The notes under the pieces were generated by a model that worked only from the letters and a program-made list of their open reading frames with translations, ran no database searches and was not told the DNA's origin. From the sequence record DRR723986_4969: DNA of 20,000 nucleotides; one strand, 5' to 3'. This document shows positions 1-7,329 of the stretch, piece after piece. Position 1 is the stretch's first letter. The number at the start of each line of letters is the position of its first letter. Position numbers and translations under genes: made by a program.

Positions 1-890
1 TCGTCGCGAGGCTTGGCATCGTCCCGCTGCATCTGACCACCTGCGAATCCGGACAGTTCAAGACCGGAATTCTTGTCGATGATCGCCTTCAGGTCGTCGG
101 GCAGTCCGTCATAGGCTGCCCGGTTCATGCCCAGCACGAAGGTTGCCGTGTAAAGAGCATCGTCACCGAAATCCGTGTGGTTGCTGACGAGTTCGTTGAT
201 CTTGAGTGCGCCGGTCACCTCCCACGGCACCACGGTGGCATCGATAACGCCCTTGGACAGGGCTTCCGGAACCGCCGGCACAGGCATGCCGACAGGTGTT
301 GCCCCGAGTGAACTGAACATGTCGTTGGTCACCCGCGTCGGGGCCCGCAGCTTCACGCCGTTCAGGTCGTCGAGCGAGTCGATCGGGTCCTTGGAGTGGA
401 TCAGCCCGGGTCCATGCACCCAGAGCCCCAGAACCTTCATGTCCTTGAAGTCCTGGTCCAGCATGGTTTCTTCCGCCAATTGCCAGAAGGCACGCGACAC
501 GGCCTCGGCATTGGTCATGACGAAGGGCAGTTCGAAGACTTCCGTCCTTGGAAAGCGGCCGGGCGTATAGCCAGGCAAGGTCCAGACGATGTCGGCGATG
601 CCGTCGATGGCCTGGTCGACCAGTTCCGGCGGCTTACCGCCAAGCTGCATGGCCGGGAAATGCTGGAACTCGATCCGCCCGCCCGATTCTTCCTCGATCC
701 TGGCCATCCACGGTTCAAGGATGTTCTTCGGCACACTGGCTTGCGCCGGCAGCATCTGGTGCAGCCGCAGCGTGACCTCCGCTGCCACGGCCTGGCCCGC
801 CGTAAGGCTCAGTGAAAGCGCGGCCATGGCAACCGCTCCCACGGTGAGCGCACCTGCGGCCACCGATCTCATCATCCGGTACTTCGACAT
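1..890 (-). CDS. TRAP transporter solute-binding protein (DctP family), 3' end runs off the window
   Basis: Absent from the ORF track; translated by hand from ATG at 890 (SD GGAGG just upstream): MSKYRMMRSVAAGALTVGAVAMAALSLSLTAGQAVAA signal peptide, then EVTLRLHQMLP...ESGGRIEFQHFPAMQLGGKPPELVDQAIDGIADIVWTLPGYTPGRFPRTEVFELPF...KLRAPTR...EALSKGVIDA, typical DctP-family motifs. Confidence 0.9.
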   Translation of the reverse strand, partial: MSKYRMMRSVAAGALTVGAVAMAALSLSLTAGQAVAAEVTLRLHQMLPAQASVPKNILEPWMARIEEESGGRIEFQHFPAMQLGGKPPELVDQAIDGIADIVWTLPGYTPGRFPRTEVFELPFVMTNAEAVSRAFWQLAEETMLDQDFKDMKVLGLWVHGPGLIHSKDPIDSLDDLNGVKLRAPTRVTNDMFSSLGATPVGMPVPAVPEALSKGVIDATVVPWEVTGALKINELVSNHTDFGDDALYTATFVLGMNRAAYDGLPDDLKAIIDKNSGLELSGFAGGQMQRDDAKPRD

Positions 891-919
891 GGTTTCCTCC
901 CTTGTTCGAAATCGTTTCC

Positions 920-1243
920 TCACGCCTGCTCGTCCGGCAGATGCACCACCAGTCCGTCGAGCGCACCGGTCAGCCTGATCTGGCAGGACAGGCGGGATGT
1001 TTCGCGCAAGTCGGCGGCCGCGCATTCCAGCATGATTTCCTCGCCGTCCGTGCGCGCGCCGGTCTTGTTGCTCCACGCCTCGTCCACGTAGCAATGGCAG
1101 GTGGCGCACATCATGGCGCCGCCGCATTCGGCAAAGATGCCATCGACCCCGTGGCTGACAGCCGTTTCCATGACGCTCGCCCCTTCGCTCGCTTCTATGG
1201 TCTTCCGGCTGCCGTTCGGCTGGACGAAGGTGATCTGCACCAT
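920..1243 (-). CDS. 2Fe-2S ferredoxin (putidaredoxin/adrenodoxin type), probable P450 electron donor
   Basis: 107 aa; ECGGAMMCATCH (C-x5-C-x2-C) and RLSCQI; directly downstream of the P450. Confidence 0.95.
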   Translation of the reverse strand: MVQITFVQPNGSRKTIEASEGASVMETAVSHGVDGIFAECGGAMMCATCHCYVDEAWSNKTGARTDGEEIMLECAAADLRETSRLSCQIRLTGALDGLVVHLPDEQA

Positions 1244-1293
1244 GCGGTTTTCCTTTCAGCCGGCTCTAACCCGGCCAGGTTGGTTTCTTTTTG

Positions 1294-2469
1294 TCAGCTC
1301 AGTTTGACGGGCAGGTTCAGGGGGCCACGGAAACCGAAACCGCTCCAGACAACGTCTTCGGGCTTGTCCAGCGTCATGCCGGGGAACCGTTCGAACAGCA
1401 TCGGCAGCATGATTTCCCCGACAGTCCGCCGCGAGATATGGGCGCCGGCACAATGGTGCGGGCCGCTGCCGAAGGCCTGATGCGGCGCTTTCTTTCGAAA
1501 GACGTTGAAGGATTCGCCGTCTTCGTAGAGATCCTCGTCGCGATTGGCCGAGGCCTGGATGGTCATCAGCGTCACGCCTTCGGGAATGTCGATGCCGTCG
1601 ATTTCCAGATCCCGCGTCGCCCGGCGAGACGACGCCTGGATCGGCGCGACCCAGCGGACACCTTCCTCGAATGCATCCGCCCAGGCGTCCTGCCGCTTAA
1701 CTTCCTCAAGCTGGTCCGGATTGGTCAGCAGGCCATAGATGATGGTTGCCAGCGCATCGCGCGGCTCGTTGATGCCGCCACCGATGGCAATCTTGATGTT
1801 GGCGTAGATCTGGCTTCTGGGGATCGGGTCGCGTGCATTCAGCATGACGGAGAACGCGGAGTTGTTGGGCTCTGCCAGATGCCGGGCAATCAGGCTGTCG
1901 AACACGGCATCCATTTCGGCATTGGCCGCGTCGGACCGGGCAAACGGTTCATCCGCGAAGCCGAAATTGCCGGCGCCGTCGATCAGCACCTGCGACCAGC
2001 GCTGCATGTCGGCGTCGCCGACTTCGTCGAGACCCAGGATGTGCGCGAGGATCCGTGCTGCCACCGGTCCGCACAGGTCGGTGAAAAGGTCGACCGTTTC
2101 GCCTCGTGGCAGCCGGTCGAGATACTCCGCGGCAATCTTGCGGTAGAGATCGGCCCAGTCTGTCTTGATGACCTTGGGCGAGAAAGCCGGCTGCATGGCC
2201 ATGCGCTCGCGCCGGTGTTCCTCTCCGTCCTTGCGCATCAGCGTGTGGGCCAGAAAGGCGCGCCGCATCGGTGTGACAGGATCGTCCGAACTGTAAAGCT
2301 CGGGATCGTCCTTCACCATCTTGGTGTGTTTCGCCTTGGTCAGAAAGATACGGTTTGCCGCCGGAACCTGAACGATCGGCGTTTCGGCCCGCATCCGCTT
2401 GTAGATCGGATAGGGGTCGCGCGTCAGGTCCGCAAGCGTCAGCGTTTCGTCGACAGGTGCGACCGCCAT
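1294..2469 (-). CDS. Cytochrome P450
   Basis: 391 aa; DPYPIYKRMR N-terminal motif, DGEEHRRER, ExxR (EGVR), SANRDE, heme-ligand motif FGSGPHHCAG; SD GGAGGAG upstream; atypical I-helix GGGINEP. Confidence 0.96.
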   Translation of the reverse strand: MAVAPVDETLTLADLTRDPYPIYKRMRAETPIVQVPAANRIFLTKAKHTKMVKDDPELYSSDDPVTPMRRAFLAHTLMRKDGEEHRRERMAMQPAFSPKVIKTDWADLYRKIAAEYLDRLPRGETVDLFTDLCGPVAARILAHILGLDEVGDADMQRWSQVLIDGAGNFGFADEPFARSDAANAEMDAVFDSLIARHLAEPNNSAFSVMLNARDPIPRSQIYANIKIAIGGGINEPRDALATIIYGLLTNPDQLEEVKRQDAWADAFEEGVRWVAPIQASSRRATRDLEIDGIDIPEGVTLMTIQASANRDEDLYEDGESFNVFRKKAPHQAFGSGPHHCAGAHISRRTVGEIMLPMLFERFPGMTLDKPEDVVWSGFGFRGPLNLPVKLS

Positions 2470-2523
2470 CTGCCTTCTCCTCCCAAATCCGGCACTGACG
2501 GCAGGTTAAGCGGGCGGAATAAA

Positions 2524-2569
2524 ATCAGGCAATACGATTGACTTTATAGTTGTCATCGAATTTTTTGAT
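2524..2569. promoter_or_regulatory. Two LysR-type binding boxes (ATC-N9-GAT) in the divergent P450/LysR promoter region
   Basis: ATCaggcaatacGAT at 2524-2538 and ATCgaattttttGAT at 2555-2569, starts 31 bp apart; both satisfy the LTTR T-N11-A rule within an AT-rich spacer. Confidence 0.65.
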
Positions 2570-2618
2570 TTTACAAATCGTGGCGAGTGTTCTTGCCGGA
2601 TCCGGGAGGAAATTGCCG

Positions 2619-3557
2619 ATGCCGGGCGATCCGTTGGAAGTCGATTTTCGGGCGCTGCAGGTTCTGGTCTGGGTGCACCAGCTCCGTTCGTTCACGCGTG
2701 CGGCGGAAGAACTCGGCGTCAATCAGTCAGCGGTCAGCTACACGATCAACAAGCTGCGGGACGTGTTTCAGGATCCGCTGTTCGTCCGCCAGGCCCGTCG
2801 GCTCCACCCGACAAAACGCTGCGAAGATATCGTCCATCAGGCCAAACGGTTGACGGCCGAGTTCCGGCAACTGGTCGCTCCGCCGGATTTCGATCCGAAG
2901 ACGGCGGCGCAGACCTTCACCATTGCCTGCAACTTCTATGAACGCGTCCTGATCATTCCGGAAATCGTTCATTTTCTGAAGCGCGAAGCGCCCAACCTGG
3001 ACCTGGAGATCATCGATGCGTCGGGGATCGGTCACGAGCGGTTGCTGCGCAATGAGGCGGATCTCCTGCTTGGTCCGTTCGAACGGTCGGACCCGCATTT
3101 CTACAGGCGCGACCTCTATCAGGATCGCTACGTCTGCCTGCTCGATCCGGAGCATCCGAAAGCCGGAGCGGCACTGAGCCTGGACGATTATCTGGACCTC
3201 GACCACGTGCTCGTCACCTACGGCGGTCAATGGCGGTCGCGCTATATCATCGAGCTTGAGCGCATGAACAAGGACTTGAAAGTCGCCCTGCGCGTGCCGA
3301 GCCCGGCCGGGCTGGAGCGTCTGGTCGCGGGATCGAACCTCGTCGCCACGGTGCCGGAACGGCTGTCCAGATCAGTTGCGGATGGACTTCATGTGGTTCC
3401 CTGCCCGGTGGAAACGTCGGTCACGATCAGCCTCGTGTGGACCACGCTCAACCACCGCGCACCGCTGCACATGTGGGTGCGCGACATGGTCTACCGGCTG
3501 AACACACGAACCCGGAAGGCGGATGATCCGTCTTCCGGGCTGGGTATCTCGCGGTAA
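2619..3557 (+). CDS. LysR-family transcriptional regulator (NodD/NahR/DntR-like substrate domain)
   Basis: SFTRAAEELGVNQSAVSYTINKLRDVFQDPLFVR wHTH; C-terminal LTTR effector domain; ATG 2619 preceded by GGAGGA (preferred over the ORF-track start at 2550); divergent from the P450 operon. Confidence 0.93.
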   Translation: MPGDPLEVDFRALQVLVWVHQLRSFTRAAEELGVNQSAVSYTINKLRDVFQDPLFVRQARRLHPTKRCEDIVHQAKRLTAEFRQLVAPPDFDPKTAAQTFTIACNFYERVLIIPEIVHFLKREAPNLDLEIIDASGIGHERLLRNEADLLLGPFERSDPHFYRRDLYQDRYVCLLDPEHPKAGAALSLDDYLDLDHVLVTYGGQWRSRYIIELERMNKDLKVALRVPSPAGLERLVAGSNLVATVPERLSRSVADGLHVVPCPVETSVTISLVWTTLNHRAPLHMWVRDMVYRLNTRTRKADDPSSGLGISR

Positions 3558-3578
3558 CAGGCTTTCAGCCAGTTTCCG

Positions 3579-4682
3579 TCATGCGGGGTTCGGCCCGACG
3601 TAATGCGACGATGGCCGGATCAACTTTCCGGTTTCCTGCTGTTCCAGAACATGGGCGCACCAGCCCGGTGTCCGGCCGACGGCAAACAGCGGCGTGAACA
3701 GGGTCCGGTCGATGCCGATCGCGTCCAGCAGGACAGCGGTATAGAACTCCACGTTGGTTTCCAGCGGGCGGTCGGGCTTGGCGGTTTTCAGTGCCGCAAG
3801 CGCTGCCTGTTCGATCTCCTCCGCCAGACGCACTTTCGGGTTCTCAGGCCCAAGCAGGCGCAGCCCTGCCTTCAGGACGTCCGCGCGCGGATCCCTTGTC
3901 CTGTAGATCCGGTGACCGAAACCCATCAGCCGCTCCTTGCGTGCCAAGGCTTCGCCAATCCAGGCAGCTGCGTTTTCCGGACTGCCGATAGCATCGATCA
4001 TGTCCAGCACAGGGCCTGGCGCGCCGCCATGCAGCGGTCCGCTGAGGGCGCCCATCGCACCAAGAACGGCCTGTTTCAGGTTCGCCTGGGTCGAGCCGAT
4101 CACGCGCGCCGTGAAGGTGGAAGCATTCAGCCCGTGATCCAGGATTGTCACCAGATAGCGGTTGAGCGCGGCGGCATGGTCGGCAGGTGGCAGCTCGCCC
4201 GTCAGCATGCGCAGAAGATCGGTTGCGGTTTCCAGGGTGCTGTCCGGTGCGATCGGCGTCTGTCCCCTGGCAATCCGGTGAGAGGCGGCCAGAAAGACGG
4301 GCAATGCGCCGCTGATCGCAATCGCGTCGGGCAGGTCGGTGGACATCGGCAAGGCAGCCAGGCCCAGCTGCATGCGTTCATAAACGCCGAGGCTGGAAGG
4401 GGCAGCTTCAAGAACCGGCATGACGGCAAAGGCGACCCGCCGGGCTTCACCGAAAGCCTCACGCAGGGACGAGGCCTCAGGCATCTGGAAATCCTGCCAC
4501 AGATGCCGGACGGCCTCCTCGAAGCTCAGCTTGCCGGCCAGATCTTCGATATGGCGGCCATAGAGGATGAGGACACCCTTTTGGCCGTCGACATGGCTGA
4601 GCATGGTGGTGGCGGCAACAACGCCCTCCAAACCGGCAATCGGGTCCGGCGTCATCCGGGCGGGGTTCGGCGCTTCGGTCAT
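3579..4682 (-). CDS. Citrate synthase/methylcitrate synthase-family protein, Glu-variant active site (B. subtilis CS-I-like)
   Basis: GLEGVVA, DHGLNASTF, GPLHGGA, MGFGHRIY, DPRA, NVEFY, GRTPGW, LIRP; ATG 4682 with SD AAGGAG. Confidence 0.9.
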   Translation of the reverse strand: MTEAPNPARMTPDPIAGLEGVVAATTMLSHVDGQKGVLILYGRHIEDLAGKLSFEEAVRHLWQDFQMPEASSLREAFGEARRVAFAVMPVLEAAPSSLGVYERMQLGLAALPMSTDLPDAIAISGALPVFLAASHRIARGQTPIAPDSTLETATDLLRMLTGELPPADHAAALNRYLVTILDHGLNASTFTARVIGSTQANLKQAVLGAMGALSGPLHGGAPGPVLDMIDAIGSPENAAAWIGEALARKERLMGFGHRIYRTRDPRADVLKAGLRLLGPENPKVRLAEEIEQAALAALKTAKPDRPLETNVEFYTAVLLDAIGIDRTLFTPLFAVGRTPGWCAHVLEQQETGKLIRPSSHYVGPNPA

Positions 4683-4723
4683 GGCTATCTCCTTTTCTTT
4701 CCCGGTCAGATAGAAAGAGAAGA

Positions 4724-4758
4724 TTGCATTGATCAATGTTGATAATTAAAATCAATGT
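4724..4758 (+). promoter_or_regulatory. Sigma70-type promoter for a leaderless HTH-citrate synthase mRNA, overlapped by a TTGAT/ATCAA repeat array (putative operator)
   Basis: TTGCAT (4724-4729)-N17-TAAAAT (4747-4752)-N6-ATG (4759), no SD; perfect palindrome CATTGATCAATG 4727-4738 and TTGAT-N7-ATCAA 4739-4755. Confidence 0.6.
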
Positions 4759-5928
4759 ATGAGCAAGCCGATCTACCTGTCCGCCCGTGAAGCCGCTGCC
4801 GAACTTGGTGTTCAGCCCGCGACTCTCTACGCCTACGTCAGCCGGGGGCTGATCAATTCCGTTGCCGGTCCGGGCAAGCAGCGCCGCTACGACGCGGTGG
4901 ATGTGCGCCGCATGAAAGGCCGCAAGGCTGCCGACGACTACTCCGGTGCTCGACCCTTGACCGGCGACCCGGTGCTGGAAACCGAACTGACGCTGATTTC
5001 GGAAGCCGGTCCGGTCTATCGTGGCCGACCGGCGGTCGATCTGGCGCAAACCTCCACGCTTGAAACCGTGGCCACCCTGCTCTGGGCGTCGCAGGAAGAC
5101 CCGTTTGCCGAAAGCGCTCCATTGCCCCCGCCCGACCTGCCGGAGGGACTTGCGCCTCTGGACCGGCTGATGGTCGCGCTTGCCGCCTGGCCGCTGCAGG
5201 ACAAGGCGGCCTACACCCAGGCACCCAAGCTTCTGCAAGTGAAAGGCGCTGCCCTGCTGCGCTACGCGGTTGCAGCTCTCCTTAACGCAGATCCGGTCGA
5301 CGTGCCGATCCACACGCAGATTGCCAATGCTTTCGGCGTGTCGTCTTCGGCGAAGAACGTGATCCGGGCGGCGCTGATCCTGTGTGCCGACCACGAGCTC
5401 AACACCAGTGCCTTCGCGACGCGCTGTGCTGCCTCCACCCGGGCACCCCTCCACGCAGCCCTTCTTTCCGGTCTGGGAGCCTTTGCCGGTCCGCGCCACG
5501 GTGCTGCATCCGACAGGACAACGGCATGGCTGTCCGGTGTCGGGCCGGACACCGATATAGAGACCCTGCTTTCGGACCGGTTGAGCCGGGGCGAGCCCCT
5601 GCCCGGCTTCGGTCACACGATCTACCGCGGGCCGGATCCGCGCGCCGCTTGCCTGCTCGACGTGCTTTACCGCAGCGAGCCCGCGCACCCCTTCGTCCAG
5701 CGCCTGCCGGGTTTGATTACGGTTGCGCGTGACCTGTTCGGCGAAGCGCCGAACATCGATCTTGCCCTTGCAGCCACACAAAAGACCTATGACCTGCCGA
5801 AGGACGCCGGCAAGATCATCTTCTGCGCTGCCCGCATGACCGGATGGATCGCTCATGCGCTGGAGCAATACGCGGCACCGGAACAGATCCGCCCGCGGGC
5901 CGCCTATGTTGGCGAGCGTCCGGAATAA
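4759..5928 (+). CDS. N-terminal HTH (MerR/excisionase-like) fused to a citrate synthase-like domain; probable transcriptional regulator
   Basis: YLSAREAAAELGVQPATLYAYVSRGLI...RRYDAVDV HTH, followed by DHELNTSAF, GPRHG, PGFGHTIY, DPRA, PNIDLAL, ARMTGWIAH, IRPRAAYVG. Confidence 0.88.
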   Translation: MSKPIYLSAREAAAELGVQPATLYAYVSRGLINSVAGPGKQRRYDAVDVRRMKGRKAADDYSGARPLTGDPVLETELTLISEAGPVYRGRPAVDLAQTSTLETVATLLWASQEDPFAESAPLPPPDLPEGLAPLDRLMVALAAWPLQDKAAYTQAPKLLQVKGAALLRYAVAALLNADPVDVPIHTQIANAFGVSSSAKNVIRAALILCADHELNTSAFATRCAASTRAPLHAALLSGLGAFAGPRHGAASDRTTAWLSGVGPDTDIETLLSDRLSRGEPLPGFGHTIYRGPDPRAACLLDVLYRSEPAHPFVQRLPGLITVARDLFGEAPNIDLALAATQKTYDLPKDAGKIIFCAARMTGWIAHALEQYAAPEQIRPRAAYVGERPE

Positions 5929-5986
5929 GCCTGGTCACTTTTGCGGGATGCTTGTATCGGGGCGTCTTTGCGACTACTTAAAACGG

Positions 5987-6094
5987 GCACCTTCGAGGTG
6001 CGTCCCATGGAGATTGGATGTCAGAGATTGCGTGAGCAGGCTCTCTGAAGATCAGAGAGCCTTGAATACATGAACCGGTGCCTTGGCGGGCGCC
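5987..6094 (+). other. Hairpin-rich intergenic/leader region upstream of rsgA
   Basis: GCACCT-tcg-AGGTGC (5987-6001); perfect 11-bp stem AGGCTCTCTGA-aga-TCAGAGAGCCT (6038-6062); GGTGCCT-tggc-GGGCGCC with G-U pairs (6077-6094). Confidence 0.4.
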
Positions 6095-6127
6095 CGATGA
6101 CGTGTGTTTAATTCACGAGACAATCCA

Positions 6128-7222
6128 ATGGTACGGAACTATTCCGACTTCTTTCCCGCACGCCCCGGAAACGATGGGCCGGACAAAAACACTTCACGGC
6201 TTCTTTCACTTGGCTGGCGGCCCTATTTTGCACAACAGATCAGCTCCGACGAGCTGACGGCAACACCGCCCGTCCGTGTTGTCGAGGTCCATCGAAACGC
6301 GCTTCACGTGGTCGGCGAAGGGCTGGACGAAGCGATCCTGCCTGTCAGGAACGCCACGGTAGGCGACTGGTTGCTGCTGGACCGCGCTCATCCGCCATCA
6401 AGCCGGGTGCTGGAGCGACAGAGCCTGCTCAAGCGTCGTGCACCTGGAACCGATCGACAGATCCAGCTGATCGCAGCCAACATCGACACGGTGTTCGTGG
6501 TGTCTTCCTGCAATCAGGACTTCAATATTGCCCGGCTGGAGCGGTACATCGCGCTTGCGTTTGAGGCCGGTATAGATCCGGTGATCGTCCTGACCAAGTC
6601 GGATCTGGCGAGCGATCCGGAAAACTATGTCGATCAGGCTCGGACGATTTCGAACTCGGTTCCGGTCGTGACGCTGGACGCGCGCGGCGATGAGCCGGGT
6701 TTGAAACTCGCGGCCTGGTGCAAGCCGGGCAAAACAGTTGCCTTCCTTGGCTCTTCGGGCGTCGGCAAGTCGACGCTAACCAACGCGCTTTCCGGCACCG
6801 AGGACATAGCCACGCAGGCTATTCGCGAAGACGACGCCAAGGGCCGTCACACGACGACCCACCGGCAACTTCACGTGGTTCCAGGCGGTTGTCTGGTGCT
6901 GGATACACCGGGCATGCGGGAACTGCAGCTGACGGATGTGGCAGCCGGGATCGATGATCTGTTCTCGGATCTGAACGAGCTGGCATCCCGTTGCCGCTTC
7001 ACTGACTGCCGGCACGAAACGGAGCCCGGTTGCGCCGTTCAGGCCGCGCTGGCGGACGGCACCCTGGAACCTGGCCGGCTGAACAGGTGGCGAAAGCTGA
7101 AGGCGGAAGAAGCCTTCAACTCTGCAAGTCTGGCGGAGCGCAGGTCCAAGGACCGGGCATTCGGCAAGATGGTCCGAAGCGTCATGAAGCAGAAGAAGCA
7201 GAAAACCTGGGGCCTGGAGTAG
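6128..7222 (+). CDS. rsgA: Ribosome small subunit-dependent GTPase A (circularly permuted GTPase)
   Basis: VGDW, LIAANID, G4 TKSD before G1 GSSGVGKST, GRHTTT, DTPGMREL, Zn finger CRFTDCRHETEPGC; start 6128 (ATG) or 6104 (GTG) uncertain. Confidence 0.95.
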   Translation: MVRNYSDFFPARPGNDGPDKNTSRLLSLGWRPYFAQQISSDELTATPPVRVVEVHRNALHVVGEGLDEAILPVRNATVGDWLLLDRAHPPSSRVLERQSLLKRRAPGTDRQIQLIAANIDTVFVVSSCNQDFNIARLERYIALAFEAGIDPVIVLTKSDLASDPENYVDQARTISNSVPVVTLDARGDEPGLKLAAWCKPGKTVAFLGSSGVGKSTLTNALSGTEDIATQAIREDDAKGRHTTTHRQLHVVPGGCLVLDTPGMRELQLTDVAAGIDDLFSDLNELASRCRFTDCRHETEPGCAVQAALADGTLEPGRLNRWRKLKAEEAFNSASLAERRSKDRAFGKMVRSVMKQKKQKTWGLE

Positions 7223-7258
7223 CGGGTCTGGAAGGCCAAGGCTTACGTAGCTGCTGAC

Positions 7259-7289
7259 ATCCGGGGCCGGGCTCTGCCCGGCCCCGGAT
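7259..7289. terminator. Perfect 14-bp inverted repeat between convergent rsgA and GNAT genes; possible bidirectional terminator or REP-like element
   Basis: ATCCGGGGCCGGGC-tct-GCCCGGCCCCGGAT; no clear U-tract on either strand. Confidence 0.55.
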
Positions 7290-7329
7290 CAATGCTTTCC
7301 AGCGCACCCGGAGTTGGCAAGCAGCTTGG

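Noticed and set aside
1291-2541. 416-aa plus-strand ORF antisense to the P450
   Set aside because: Mirror-frame shadow ORF typical of GC-rich coding DNA; no recognisable motifs, while the minus strand encodes a clear P450
3579-4682. Calling this gene gltA or prpC
   Set aside because: Catalytic Asp is replaced by Glu and there is no prp operon context, so a symbol would overstate function
4759-4920. Excisionase-like HTH as evidence of a prophage or integrative element
   Set aside because: The HTH is fused in frame to a citrate synthase domain; no integrase, att-like repeats or phage genes are in the window
3603-5868. Long antisense ORFs 3603-4742 (+) and 4477-5868 (-) over the citrate synthase pair
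   Set aside because: Shadow ORFs without motifs that overlap well-supported genes on the opposite strand
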